A stretch of DNA of 36,712 nucleotides from an uncultured Prevotella sp. (GCA_937880835.1 CALGRN010000189.1:1-36712); one strand, 5' to 3'. Positions 1 through 10,847 are shown, numbered from the stretch's first letter. The notes: a model not told the origin generated them from the letters alone. Translations and numbers: made by a program.

Positions 1-55
1 ACCCGGCAAAGAGAAAAATAAGGGTAAACAAATAAAAGAGTACCACTACTTTGTT
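1..55. repeat. Terminal direct repeat, identical to 36658-36712 (circular contig overlap)
   Basis: ACCCGGCAAAGAG...CTACTTTGTT occurs at both ends, and the reading frame of the giant ORF is continuous across the join. Confidence 0.97.
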
Positions 56-3000
56 GCACCGATTAGGATGAACGGGAAAAATTATAGAGCCTTAATTACT
101 GCCAGAGAAAAGCAAAATTCAAACATCTTATATGTTGTGAACACTGAGGTTATGCAAATAAAAAACGGTGCCGGATTTTCAGCAGGTCAAAAGCCTCCTA
201 ATGTACCGGATCTACCGTTTGACATAAGTGTAACAGATTTGGTAAAAGGTGTCAAGACCCATGATTACAGGACAAATCAAGACAGGTTTTACAATGCAAA
301 TGATATTAAATTCTCATTAAGTGCGGCGATAGAAGAAACGAAAGACCTTATAGCTATTCACAATCTGTCGGTTTCAAAGCTTTCACAAACACTTGAATTA
401 GGTGGTATGCCTATGCCGAGCATAGCAATAACAAAGGCAAAGCAGGGACATAGCGATTTTGGCGAAGTGTCGCTTGTATTAAACAAAGAGGCAATAGATC
501 CGAAAGCTTCAGAGGCAAATGAGGTATATTCCGGAGACGCATATACGCCTACATTTCCGAGTGTAAACTATGAGGTAAATTCAAAGGCAGAGGACAGAAT
601 AAATAAGAGAGTAACAGAACTTTCTAAGGACGCGCCAGAAGACGTAAAAAAAACATTACGAAAGTACGCCTACGGACAAATGGAGGATCAGATTAACCGT
701 TGGGGCGGTGAACAGGGTTTAATTGAAAGCCTTATGAATGACCAGTCCATGAAACAGGTTTACTTAAACGAAAGAGGGCAGTACGTTGACACCATTATTA
801 AAAAGACAGAAACAAAGCTTTCTGACGCTCAGATAAAGGAATACGATACCTTAATATCAGAACTTGGTGAAGACGTTGTAGAGGCAATAAAGGCTCCAGA
901 TGTGCGAAGGGCGTCTGAACATCGCAAGGAATACTTTAAGGAACATGGAGACGCTATAAAGGCTGCCTATGGGAAATTCTTAAAAGATGATATTCCGGGA
1001 ATTACAGATGAGGAAGTAAATGACGTTATTTCCTCAATGCGCACAATGGGACTGCTGCGTGAAGTTGCAGCCGCAAGGAAATATATTGTCAATGGTACGA
1101 CAACCTACAAGGAGGAGCCTGACTATAACGCAACACGCGAGGAAGTAAACAGACGAGTAGATGAAGCGGCTTATAAGAAGTGGCTTACTGACTTATTTAA
1201 TGGGGTTGAGGAAACCAAAGGAATAAGAAACGATAAAGACACCTTTACGCCGAGCGGTAACAGGCGCAGTTTTAGTGCGCTTCATTATGAATACAATCTC
1301 GAAAACATTGTCAAGGCTATGAAAAAGGAAGAGGCGCAAGGACAGGCAGCCTTTGGAACTGGCAATATAAGAGGTGCCGCTGCGGAAAAATTAGGCTCAA
1401 TTGCAGAAATAAGGCAGAGAGCTAAGCTGCTGCAGGCGATGCCGGAAGAAGGATTTGCTGCAGCAAAAAAAGATTTTGACGACAGGTTTATGGAGCTTGC
1501 TGCCAGTTTAGCAAAACACGACGCAGGCTTTACGGATGCATCCGCACTTCTCGCTGAGGCGGTAGCTAAGAACAAAACGAAAAGCGGTATGGCACGCTAT
1601 ATTCAAAGAGAGGGCGAAGGGTGGACTAATTACTCTGACTACATAGTTGATGATTTAGTTGACCTTGTGGAAGACATCCGAAAAATGCCAACAACATATT
1701 TTGAAGCTAAACCGCGCCGCGCAGTATCTTTCAATGAGATATACACTGCCTTAGTTCCGGACAATATACCTGCAGAACTGAGCGACAAGCTCAGCGAATA
1801 CGGTATAAGCACAGTAAAGTATGAAGCCGGCAACAATGAGGATAGGCTTGCGAAGCTTAATTCTATGAATGATGCTATGTTCTCACTTGGCGAGCCTGTA
1901 GCACCATACGGCAGAATACAGAGCAGAGATATAAAACTGCAGGATGCCATAAACGAAAAACTTGATAACATAAACACTGAAGTTGATAAGACTGCACCTG
2001 TTAGGGACACAGCACCGGTGAAACCAGAGCGCAAACCTTACGAAACAGGCAGAGCTTTAACTGAGGAAGATATACCTTTCATCGAGCAGTCTAACGCGGA
2101 AGCGTTTGACAGTCTGCCGGTTAATGGTATGGATTACGACTCAATTCAGTTAAGAATCGAGCAGATTAAGGCAGAAATTGGCGACATGGCAGAAAACTTA
2201 AAAACAGACTCTAAAACAGGTGTTTCATATGATGCCAGAACGGGAGAGCCTATAGACATTGACCGGTTTATGGAGGAGTATAACAACAAAGATAACGAGC
2301 TTGAACATCTCCAAGACATGATGAGCGACGTTGACGCACGCGAGACGGCAGCAACAGAAAATCAGTATGCAGATGTCGAAAGTCCTTTAGAAAACGAAGG
2401 GCGCGACATGGAGAACGTCGGCAGCAGAAAAGTGAAAGCATACATGTATGAAAATCCGGAAGTAAAACCGTTCTTTCAGGAAGAAGCAGGGTATATGCTG
2501 ACGGAGCTTAAAGAATCTGTTAAGGGTGAAAAATTCTATAACGACCAGTTGTATTATGACTCAAACGGAGAGCAGGGCTTCTTTGGAACGAAACGTCAAA
2601 CTTCATCGGAGATAGCATACCTGTTAGATCAGCACAAATACACATATGCAGATATTGAAAAAGGGCTTAATGCAATTATTGAAGATCATGGGGCTGAAAA
2701 TATTGCTGTTGCAAAACGTATTGAATTTTTCTTAGATGAAAGACTCAGAGAAGGGCATACAGATTCTCTTTACGGCGATGAAATACCGCCTAATCAGGAG
2801 TATATAGACCTTCTGAGAGAAAAGGAAATAATGCAGTACACGGACGAAGCGTTTAATAATTATGATTGGAAAGGACTGTATAACACATTAACACCAGAAG
2901 TAGCACCGGAAGACATTGCACCTGTAAGACCAATGACAGAGGGTTCGGTAGATTATATTACTAACCTTATGCGCGAAAAAGGCGTAGATGAAGCGGACAT

Positions 3001-5995
3001 ACTGGAACAGTACGGGATTGACTCACTGCAGGATATGACGCAACCGCAGTTTATGGAAGCGGTAGACAACCTTAATGCTGATATATTACCTGTTAAGAAA
3101 GAAAAGCCTGTAAGAAGCAATGTTAGAGCCGAGGACGCACCGACAACAGGCGTGCAGCAGAGATTTAACACAAAGACCGGACAGATTGAAGACGTACAGG
3201 AGCCGATAGCAACACGCACGCGCAAAGAGCTCAGAAAAGCACTTATAGAAAACGATAAGGGCTTTATGATAAGAGCTATGGATAACGCTAAAAATCGTTC
3301 AATGGCACTTCTGAATAATACGGACACAATCAGGGTTACAGAATTGGTATTCGGGCGTGAAGCGGCGAAAAAAATTAACAAGTTAATATTCCAAGAGGAA
3401 ATTGACAACGAAGCACGTTCTATAGCATGGCAGAACAAGCAACGAAAAATCATTAGAGAGTTAGGCATAAAGCCGCGAAGCAAGATGAGTGCTGCAGTTC
3501 AGAAATTCGGGGAAAAACAGTACGTCAATGAATATGACGAGGTTGTACCGTATACCGAAGTTACATTAAAAACAGAGTTCCCGGACATAGGCGATCAGGC
3601 AAAGATACGCAAAGCGGCATTTGTAATTCGCGAACTGTACGACAGCTATATAGATCGTGCAAACGTAGTTCTGACAGACTTAGGTTTTGAGCCTATTCAT
3701 AAGCGCGACGATTACATGAGACATTTTTCAGAGCTTACAGATGTATTCTCGCGATACGGAATACCGTTCAATCCTAAAAACATGGAAGAACACAGACTCC
3801 CGACGGACATAAACGGAATTACAGATACATTCTCACCGCAGAAAAACTATTTTGCGAGTATGCAGCCAAGAAAGGGCATAAAGACAAACTATGACGCTAT
3901 TACCGGTATAGACGGGTACATAGGCGGCATAGCAAACCTTATCTGGCATACAGAGGACATTCAGCGAGGCAGAGCATTAGAAGAGCTTATACGCGAAACC
4001 TACGGACAGGAACAGGGCATCGAAAACGCTAAGGAAATTGAAAATCTCACAGAACAGGAGCTGTTTGACAGAATAGGGAAGGTAAACGAAAACCATCTGT
4101 CTAACTATGCTGCATGGGTGCATGAATGGACTAACACTGTAGCAGGCAAGAAAAACAAGGTTGATAGATCCATTGAAAGCATGTTCGGACGTAAAGCGTT
4201 CTCATTTATTGATGAGATACGCAAGCAGGTCGGGTCCAACATGATAGGACTAAATCTTTCTTCATCGCTCACTAACCTGATAGCACCGGTGCAGGCACTT
4301 TCAAAGACCGGAAAGGTAGCATTCGCGAAAGGAACAGTAGATACATTCCGTAATATATTCAGTAATGACGGATTTGTGGATAGGAACGCCTTCCTCACAG
4401 CGCGTTTCGGAACGGATATGGTATCTAAGACGGCATGGGACAAAGCAAGAGATGTAGCATATATCTTTATGAAAGGCGTTGACTATTTCTCAGCTAACCA
4501 GATAGTCAGGGGCAAATACCATGAATTGCGAGCTAAAGGAATGAGCGATAAAGAAGCTCATGCGGAGGCAGGAAAGTTCGCAGCGCGTATTATGGGTGAC
4601 AGAACGAAAGGTGCCAACGCTCAGTTTTTTGACTCAAAGCTCATAGGACTTGTTACACAGTTCCAACTTGAAGTTAATAACCAAGTATACGCCATGTTTT
4701 ATGACACATACCATGAAAGCAAGGAACAGGCAAAGGGAAGTGCTATTAAGACTGCTGCAGGAATGACATTTACATTAGGACAGCTATTCGCGTTTACTCA
4801 CCTTTTCGGCAAAGCTTTTGAGTCTGTAGCAGGCTACAATCCTACATTTGACGTTATAGGTATTATTGCAACAGCTTTAGGGTTTGGCGATGATGATGAC
4901 GACAAGACGCAGGGTGAAAGAATTGAAGCGGCTGCGGAAGAGTTAGCAAAGGCACTGCCATACGCAAGTATACTAACCGGCGGCGGACGTATTCCTATTG
5001 CATCAGCACTTCCAGTCAAGCAGTTGTTTAGCGGAAAGGACGATTACGGCAATGACAAGTCAAGGCTCGAAACAATAAAAGAAACACTGCCGTATTACCT
5101 GCTTCCGGGCGGCTACGGACAAATTAAGAAGACAACACAAGGATTAGGAATGTTCGATAAGGATAATCCGGTTCCCGGCTCATACACAGACAGCGGAAAT
5201 TTGAGGTTTCCGGTAGAAAAAACGCCGTTGAACATGGCGAGAGCTGCAGTGTTCGGGCAGTGGTCGGGTGAAGCGGCAAGAGATTATTTTGACAACGAAC
5301 GCCTGCCACTTAAAGAAAAGCAGATACAGGAGTACAAGGAACTCGATATTCCGATTAAAGAATACTGGGATATACGCGAAGGACTTAAAAGTCGGAAGGA
5401 TCTCGAAGGTAAATTTGAATACGTTGACAGCTTAGACCTGCCACTCAAGAAAAAGAACGTACTCATTAATAATGTTGTAGACCGAAAAGAAAAGGTGAAC
5501 ATGAAAGATTACGACACCTACGGAAGCCTTAAAGAGTTCGATTTTGCAACGAAATATCCGAAAAAATATAAATTCCTGCAAAATAACGGCGTATCGTGGA
5601 ATGAATATAACGCGAGCGAAGAGTCCAGAGAGGCGTATAACTGGGCGTATAAGAACAGAAAAGGCTATGCGATTGCAAAGGCTGTAACCGGAGATGTTAT
5701 CGCGTACAGAACTATTACAAAGGAATTAAACGACATCAAAGCGGACAAGGACAGCAGCGGCAAAACTATTGCCAACAGCAGAAAGGCAAAGGTAATCGAC
5801 TACCTTAACAATTCGAACTTGAATTATGAGTCAAAACTTATTCTGTTCAAGAAGGAATACAACAGTGATGACGAACACAACAACGAGATTATTGAATATC
5901 TGAATAACCGGGAGGATATTTCGTATAAGCAAATGGAAAGAATTTTGACAGAAATAGGATTCACTGTAGAAAGTGACGGAACAGTGCGGTGGTAG
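2..5995 (+). CDS. C-terminal ~2,000 aa of the giant polyvalent/ejection protein that starts at 33362 (end of LPD3-like domain, HNL..GGMPMPS domain, helical C-terminal region)
   Basis: Bases 2-67 are open and in frame with the ATG at 68 and with 33362 across the junction. Total about 3,096 aa. Confidence 0.9.
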   Translation, partial: PGKEKNKGKQIKEYHYFVAPIRMNGKNYRALITAREKQNSNILYVVNTEVMQIKNGAGFSAGQKPPNVPDLPFDISVTDLVKGVKTHDYRTNQDRFYNANDIKFSLSAAIEETKDLIAIHNLSVSKLSQTLELGGMPMPSIAITKAKQGHSDFGEVSLVLNKEAIDPKASEANEVYSGDAYTPTFPSVNYEVNSKAEDRINKRVTELSKDAPEDVKKTLRKYAYGQMEDQINRWGGEQGLIESLMNDQSMKQVYLNERGQYVDTIIKKTETKLSDAQIKEYDTLISELGEDVVEAIKAPDVRRASEHRKEYFKEHGDAIKAAYGKFLKDDIPGITDEEVNDVISSMRTMGLLREVAAARKYIVNGTTTYKEEPDYNATREEVNRRVDEAAYKKWLTDLFNGVEETKGIRNDKDTFTPSGNRRSFSALHYEYNLENIVKAMKKEEAQGQAAFGTGNIRGAAAEKLGSIAEIRQRAKLLQAMPEEGFAAAKKDFDDRFMELAASLAKHDAGFTDASALLAEAVAKNKTKSGMARYIQREGEGWTNYSDYIVDDLVDLVEDIRKMPTTYFEAKPRRAVSFNEIYTALVPDNIPAELSDKLSEYGISTVKYEAGNNEDRLAKLNSMNDAMFSLGEPVAPYGRIQSRDIKLQDAINEKLDNINTEVDKTAPVRDTAPVKPERKPYETGRALTEEDIPFIEQSNAEAFDSLPVNGMDYDSIQLRIEQIKAEIGDMAENLKTDSKTGVSYDARTGEPIDIDRFMEEYNNKDNELEHLQDMMSDVDARETAATENQYADVESPLENEGRDMENVGSRKVKAYMYENPEVKPFFQEEAGYMLTELKESVKGEKFYNDQLYYDSNGEQGFFGTKRQTSSEIAYLLDQHKYTYADIEKGLNAIIEDHGAENIAVAKRIEFFLDERLREGHTDSLYGDEIPPNQEYIDLLREKEIMQYTDEAFNNYDWKGLYNTLTPEVAPEDIAPVRPMTEGSVDYITNLMREKGVDEADILEQYGIDSLQDMTQPQFMEAVDNLNADILPVKKEKPVRSNVRAEDAPTTGVQQRFNTKTGQIEDVQEPIATRTRKELRKALIENDKGFMIRAMDNAKNRSMALLNNTDTIRVTELVFGREAAKKINKLIFQEEIDNEARSIAWQNKQRKIIRELGIKPRSKMSAAVQKFGEKQYVNEYDEVVPYTEVTLKTEFPDIGDQAKIRKAAFVIRELYDSYIDRANVVLTDLGFEPIHKRDDYMRHFSELTDVFSRYGIPFNPKNMEEHRLPTDINGITDTFSPQKNYFASMQPRKGIKTNYDAITGIDGYIGGIANLIWHTEDIQRGRALEELIRETYGQEQGIENAKEIENLTEQELFDRIGKVNENHLSNYAAWVHEWTNTVAGKKNKVDRSIESMFGRKAFSFIDEIRKQVGSNMIGLNLSSSLTNLIAPVQALSKTGKVAFAKGTVDTFRNIFSNDGFVDRNAFLTARFGTDMVSKTAWDKARDVAYIFMKGVDYFSANQIVRGKYHELRAKGMSDKEAHAEAGKFAARIMGDRTKGANAQFFDSKLIGLVTQFQLEVNNQVYAMFYDTYHESKEQAKGSAIKTAAGMTFTLGQLFAFTHLFGKAFESVAGYNPTFDVIGIIATALGFGDDDDDKTQGERIEAAAEELAKALPYASILTGGGRIPIASALPVKQLFSGKDDYGNDKSRLETIKETLPYYLLPGGYGQIKKTTQGLGMFDKDNPVPGSYTDSGNLRFPVEKTPLNMARAAVFGQWSGEAARDYFDNERLPLKEKQIQEYKELDIPIKEYWDIREGLKSRKDLEGKFEYVDSLDLPLKKKNVLINNVVDRKEKVNMKDYDTYGSLKEFDFATKYPKKYKFLQNNGVSWNEYNASEESREAYNWAYKNRKGYAIAKAVTGDVIAYRTITKELNDIKADKDSSGKTIANSRKAKVIDYLNNSNLNYESKLILFKKEYNSDDEHNNEIIEYLNNREDISYKQMERILTEIGFTVESDGTVRW

Positions 5996-5996
5996 G

Positions 5997-6033
5997 ATTA
6001 CGGGAATATTTCAGCGCAGTTATATGTTATAAA
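5997..6033 (+). promoter_or_regulatory. Putative activator-dependent late promoter (degenerate copy) for tail/receptor-binding genes
   Basis: ATTACGGGAATATT, 17 nt, then TATAAA preceded by TGt. Same layout as the sites at 10993, 22443 and 27039. Confidence 0.65.
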
Positions 6034-6052
6034 TCAGATAAGGAGTTGAAAT

Positions 6053-7087
6053 ATGGATAAAAGAGACAGGGGCGGTGTAAGAACCGCCCAAGACCTTGAA
6101 CGTAAATACGGGCTGGCAGGAATACAAAAAGCTGTGGAACAGAGCGCAGAGGGAATTAACAAGGTTGAAAGCGAGCTGACAAATTTTGCAAACGCGACTC
6201 AACGGCAGTTCCTGCAAATGCAAGATGAAATATCTGAGGATATACAAAGTCTTGAAGATAAAATTGATACGCTGCAGGAAATCTGGTTTTATTCCGGAGC
6301 GCCTACGCTTAATAATCCGCCTGTAAGTGGTTGGGATATATCCGACTACACTAAACATGTGGGGGATATGTATTATGACACTGCAACAGGATATGGCTAC
6401 AGGTTCATGTTTGCGTCAGGCGTGTACTCATGGGAGCAGATACAGGATCAGGACACGGTGGAAGCTTTAGCTCTTGCTAATGCTGCCAGTGATACGGCGG
6501 ACGCAAAGAGGCGTGTATTTGTGGGACAGCCTTCACCGCCGTATGATAACGGGGATTTATGGCTTAACAATCAGGAAATATATGTTTGCCAGATTTCTAA
6601 AAGTGAGGGCGTGTTTGAAGATAATGATTTTATAATCGCAACAAAATACACCGATGATACCGTAGCTAACAGAGTAGGCGACAATCTGGAAGTTATACGC
6701 GGTTCGGTTTTAACCATACAGGAAAATCAGGACGCTTTTAAGATCGATATAGAAAACCAAGTCAAAACCATTAATGAACTGCAGGAAGAGACTATAGAGA
6801 GCGTTGAAAGGATGTCGTATGCGTTCACCACAGACGATTTAGCGATAGCAAAATCGAGCGATCCTGTTAATACAAGAATAAACAATCAGGGATTGAAGGT
6901 ATACAACTATAATTCGTTGCAGGCGATATTCAACCACAAGGGAACCGGAGTGCAGAAGTTAATCGTTGTAGGTGATTCACAGCTCGCGAATTTGAGAATT
7001 TCTAAAGCAAAAGACGAAAACGGCAACGATTGTACGGATATTAGTTTCTTAGTTTCCAATATTCAGAGGTTATCAGACTTAGAATAG
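6053..7087 (+). CDS. Tail-tip/minor structural protein resembling the C-terminal part of Firmicutes phage tail spike proteins
   Basis: 344 aa with coiled coils and the motifs WFYSGAPTLNNPP..HVGDMYYD and KRRVFVGQPSPPYDNGDLW. SD AAGGAG. Confidence 0.65.
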   Translation: MDKRDRGGVRTAQDLERKYGLAGIQKAVEQSAEGINKVESELTNFANATQRQFLQMQDEISEDIQSLEDKIDTLQEIWFYSGAPTLNNPPVSGWDISDYTKHVGDMYYDTATGYGYRFMFASGVYSWEQIQDQDTVEALALANAASDTADAKRRVFVGQPSPPYDNGDLWLNNQEIYVCQISKSEGVFEDNDFIIATKYTDDTVANRVGDNLEVIRGSVLTIQENQDAFKIDIENQVKTINELQEETIESVERMSYAFTTDDLAIAKSSDPVNTRINNQGLKVYNYNSLQAIFNHKGTGVQKLIVVGDSQLANLRISKAKDENGNDCTDISFLVSNIQRLSDLE

Positions 7088-7097
7088 GAGGATTTAT

Positions 7098-8627
7098 ATG
7101 GCAGCGTCAAGAGTGGCGTGCGCGTCGTTTAACATTGGAGCTAACGCCGCGATAACTATAATGCGCGATTCGAGCGCATATACGCATACTATTACATATC
7201 GATTCGGCAATGCGACCGGAACAATAGTTACAAAGACAAGTCAGACCGCTATAGTTTGGAACCCACCTGCAGCTATACTTTACCCACAAATTCCTAACGC
7301 GGTGAGCGGATACGGGACTATAACATGTAAGACATATGACGGCGACACATTAGTAGGAACTACAACAGCAACATTTTACGCATATGCAGCTAAGGAGGAC
7401 TGTATACCGTCACTTTCGGCTGCAGTGGTAGACACAAATACTGCTGTAACCGAGGTAACAGGGAACAGTTCAACACTTGTGCGGTACATTTCAAAACCAA
7501 AGGTAACATTGACTACGGTGGCTAAGAATAGCGCGACAATAAAATCCTACAGCATAAACAATCCTGTAGGGCTGATTGCGACAGAAACGCCGTACACGTT
7601 TGGTACAGTCTATTCCGATACTTTCCGGTGTGCTGTATCGGACAGTAGAGGATATTCCAAGCAAATAGAGTATGTTGTTGCTAATTTTATTGAGTACGAT
7701 CCGGCGCACTTTGACACCGTTTCGCTTGCGCGGACAGAAAGCACATCAACTACAGCGGTGTTCAGGGCTACAGGGTTTTGTTTTAAGGGCAGTTTCGGAA
7801 GTCAGAGCAATACACTCACAATAAAATATCGATACAAAACTACAGGCGAGTACAGTGCCTATACAACGTTATCTGGCGCGACATGGAATAACGATGGTTC
7901 ATTCTCTATAACTGCAAACATCGAAAATCTATCACTGGATAATACATATACATTTGAGTTTATTGCAGAGGATAAGCTGTCTTCGTATGTTAATGCAGAG
8001 GTTGTGCTTTCGTCAGGCGATGGTGATCTGAGAATTGCAGCAGACTATATTCAGACTAAGAATGAACTTAGAATAGGCGATATTTTTAATGATGAGTGGA
8101 AAGGCGTAAAGGCAAGAAGGAAAATAGATGGCACGCCTTACTATGTAAGTTTTGGAGCTGGGAGATATGGCGATGAGGTTACATGTGCGATTGAACTTTT
8201 TAAGAATGATGTGAGAGTCGCACGTTACGATCTCAGAGAAGATGGTTATTTTTATAATTTTTTCAGCGGATTATCAGTTGCGGCAATGGCGGCAAACGGA
8301 GAAAATAGTCAAGGTTCTTTGATTTTAGATGGTGGCACTCGGATATTTATTCAGTGGGGCAGGGTAAGCATAACACCAGTTGATGCAGGTGTTACTTCAA
8401 ATGTACGAATTAAATTTGATAGACCATTTGCAAGTGCACCGCAGATTTACATAAGCAAACTTCACGATATAAGCGTCGCAATGGAGGAGGGGAATACTAC
8501 ACCGACTGCTGACGGGGTGAATATATATATCAAAAGAGCTGACACAAAGACATCAGGGATATTCTGGTTGGCAATCGGCAGGGGAGAAGAGCCTTTGTCA
8601 GAACAGGAGGTATTAAGTGAGATATGA
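7098..8627 (+). CDS. DUF859-like minor tail protein with a C-terminal gp53/lectin-like domain
   Basis: Thr/Ser-rich beta protein with HTITYRFG..GTI..KT..QIPNA.SG.GTITCKTY. C-terminal IQWG..F..PF..AP motif. Confidence 0.7.
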   Translation: MAASRVACASFNIGANAAITIMRDSSAYTHTITYRFGNATGTIVTKTSQTAIVWNPPAAILYPQIPNAVSGYGTITCKTYDGDTLVGTTTATFYAYAAKEDCIPSLSAAVVDTNTAVTEVTGNSSTLVRYISKPKVTLTTVAKNSATIKSYSINNPVGLIATETPYTFGTVYSDTFRCAVSDSRGYSKQIEYVVANFIEYDPAHFDTVSLARTESTSTTAVFRATGFCFKGSFGSQSNTLTIKYRYKTTGEYSAYTTLSGATWNNDGSFSITANIENLSLDNTYTFEFIAEDKLSSYVNAEVVLSSGDGDLRIAADYIQTKNELRIGDIFNDEWKGVKARRKIDGTPYYVSFGAGRYGDEVTCAIELFKNDVRVARYDLREDGYFYNFFSGLSVAAMAANGENSQGSLILDGGTRIFIQWGRVSITPVDAGVTSNVRIKFDRPFASAPQIYISKLHDISVAMEEGNTTPTADGVNIYIKRADTKTSGIFWLAIGRGEEPLSEQEVLSEI

Positions 8628-10482
8628 CATAGATAACAACGGCTATATTACTAATTGTTATTGGAACTGCTATTCTGATACTTCTGTTGAATACACAGGC
8701 ACTGTTCCGTTTCCGTATACAAGCATAGAGAGTTGGGCGGACAGTGAAATAATCAACTCATGGTATATAAATAACAACGGCGACTTAGAAAAAGATAGCG
8801 GTCGTGAAGCGGAACTAATGATACAGCAGGAACTACAGGCTATAGATAATGAACCGTTGGTATATAAAGATTTATATGAGAGTCAGGAAGCATTATATTC
8901 ACAGTACGACATGGGTTTTGCGGATGAAAATCCGACAATTATTACCGATGCAATAAAATACACGCCATATATTGAGATAAGTAATTTATTGCCTGCACAC
9001 GGGCGCGTAGATTTGTTTTCGCAAGGAAACCAGATGCTAAGTAACGATGCGATTTCGCAAACAATCAATGGCATTACATTTACTGCGGTCGGAGGACAAA
9101 TAACTATAAGCGGTACTGCCACGGAGGCTTTTGAATATACTATAAGCGGCAGTGCAGATAACACGACTCCGATATGTGGAATTAAACAAAACCGTGATTA
9201 TTCATTAGATGTAGGCGGATTAACTTGCGAGCTACGCAAGTATGACGGAGTTACGAGTGAAATAGTATATTCCGGTTATTCGGGGATATTTAATATTTCG
9301 GAGTATAAAAACATAACACATGCAGTGCTGCTTATTCCTGTCGGAGACATAGACGTAACAGTACGTCCGATGCTCAACATGGGTAGTGAGATTATGGAAT
9401 GGGAACCATATAATTCGACTCACATAGGCATGAGTTTTGACATAGAAGAATATGATGAATTATATCCGAGCGACACATTATATCCGAGCGACACATTATA
9501 TCCGGTTGAAAGTGGAGATGTCCGTTATATAGTTATCGACGGGATGCTTCAAACATTAGTCGATGGCGATGTCGAGTCTGTTATCGGGCGAGGAAATATA
9601 AAAATGATTCCAAGCAATAATGTCATATATGCGACACAGCCGGTAGCTTTATTTATTCAATACAAAACCGAAAACCTTACAGGATCATTTAATGGGATAA
9701 AGGCAGAAGCGATAAACATTACTAACAGAGGCGGAGCGCATACACCGTTTGTGTTTGAAAAGATTGAAAGTATTGGAGATCCTGTTTATGGCTATGATCA
9801 ACGTACAAAAACATTGATGGGTCTTAATCAGTTCCAAATTCAAAATTTACGCACTTGGGATAATGGCAGAACTATTGATGAAATTAAGCAGGTAGACATT
9901 AATGATGAAGGCATTACCATGCGCGATGCTGAACCCGGCGGTTCAACACAAGGACTTACATTGAACATATCTTCTTGGGGCGGTCTTACACTGACAAACG
10001 AGCAAGGCACACGAATTCTGTCACTTGCACCGCTGGGGTTGTCTGGGGGGATGTCTGAAGGTCTTGATTACTATGAGATAAGCCGACAGGGTTTATGGTG
10101 TCAATCTATTTATAGTGGCTCCGGTTCGGCTCTTAATATAGACAGCTCCGGAAGGGTTCAGCGTACATCTTCCTCGCGCCGATATAAAGAAGATATTAAA
10201 GACTCGCAATTTGAGGTAGTCGCTCTTTATGATCTGCCAATACGACAGTTTAAGTATCGCAAAGGGTGTATTACAGAAGGCGACGAAAGAGAAAATGTGG
10301 ACATTTTAGGATTTATAGCAGAAGAAGTTGAAAAAGCATTACCAATCGCTGCAATTCATAACAATGAGGGGGAAACTGAAGACTGGGATGTGCGTGTGAT
10401 TGTTCCGGCAATGCTCCAACTAATTCAGCAACAGAAAAAAGAAATAGACGAGTTGAAAGAGAAAATAAAAGGAGGAAGATAA
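8617..10482 (+). CDS. Tail fibre/spike with C-terminal intramolecular chaperone (peptidase S74-like)
   Basis: GTG start with GGAGG SD. Motif SSRRYKEDIKD..IRQFKY..GFIAEEVE followed by a terminal coiled coil. Confidence 0.8.
   Translation: MRYDIDNNGYITNCYWNCYSDTSVEYTGTVPFPYTSIESWADSEIINSWYINNNGDLEKDSGREAELMIQQELQAIDNEPLVYKDLYESQEALYSQYDMGFADENPTIITDAIKYTPYIEISNLLPAHGRVDLFSQGNQMLSNDAISQTINGITFTAVGGQITISGTATEAFEYTISGSADNTTPICGIKQNRDYSLDVGGLTCELRKYDGVTSEIVYSGYSGIFNISEYKNITHAVLLIPVGDIDVTVRPMLNMGSEIMEWEPYNSTHIGMSFDIEEYDELYPSDTLYPSDTLYPVESGDVRYIVIDGMLQTLVDGDVESVIGRGNIKMIPSNNVIYATQPVALFIQYKTENLTGSFNGIKAEAINITNRGGAHTPFVFEKIESIGDPVYGYDQRTKTLMGLNQFQIQNLRTWDNGRTIDEIKQVDINDEGITMRDAEPGGSTQGLTLNISSWGGLTLTNEQGTRILSLAPLGLSGGMSEGLDYYEISRQGLWCQSIYSGSGSALNIDSSGRVQRTSSSRRYKEDIKDSQFEVVALYDLPIRQFKYRKGCITEGDERENVDILGFIAEEVEKALPIAAIHNNEGETEDWDVRVIVPAMLQLIQQQKKEIDELKEKIKGGR
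9459..9504 (+). repeat. 18-bp tandem repeat (about 2.5 copies) encoding LYPSDT-LYPSDT-LYP
   Basis: ATTATATCCGAGCGACAC is repeated. Confidence 0.9.
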
Positions 10483-10844
10483 TGAGTTATCAAAGAACAA
10501 CGTGGGTTAATGGTGAAACGCCTATTAACGCAGACAATCTTAATAATATGGAAGAGGGAATAGCGGAAATAGAAAACATGGTTCCAAAATTTTCCGCAGG
10601 ATACGAATTGATGGGAACTATACAGAATAACTCATACGCGGATAAATCAGTGACTTTTGATCCTCCGTTTTCAGACGTGCCGAACGTCGTTGCCTGCCTG
10701 TCAACCACAGGGACGGTTGGCAACATCGGTAACGTGTCGGTTGCAGTAAATGCCATCACGAAGACAGGCTGTACGATTAGAGTTTTCAACAACAGAGGAT
10801 CTTCGTTGTCCCCAGCAGTTGAATGGATCGCGGTAGAAATATAA
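10482..10844 (+). CDS. Small receptor-binding/fibre protein, H-type-lectin-like
   Basis: N-terminal Y..TTW.NG.TPINADNLNNMEEGI anchor motif, then VTFDPPFSDVPNV..TGCTIR..WIAV. Confidence 0.7.
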   Translation: MSYQRTTWVNGETPINADNLNNMEEGIAEIENMVPKFSAGYELMGTIQNNSYADKSVTFDPPFSDVPNVVACLSTTGTVGNIGNVSVAVNAITKTGCTIRVFNNRGSSLSPAVEWIAVEI

Positions 10845-10847
10845 GTT

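Noticed and set aside
1285..5502. Minus-strand ORFs inside the giant gene (and similar shadow ORFs elsewhere)
   Set aside because: They are antisense shadows of long genes, with no family motifs or convincing SDs.
68..5995. Stand-alone 1,975-aa gene starting at ATG 68
   Set aside because: The frame is open upstream and joins 33362 across the junction. ATG 68 falls inside the LPD3-like domain.
9459..9504. Tandem repeats (also 26947-26989 and 32990-33049) as CRISPR-like arrays
   Set aside because: They are in-frame coding repeats without spacers (LYPSDT, PEEEM, SGGSSSY).
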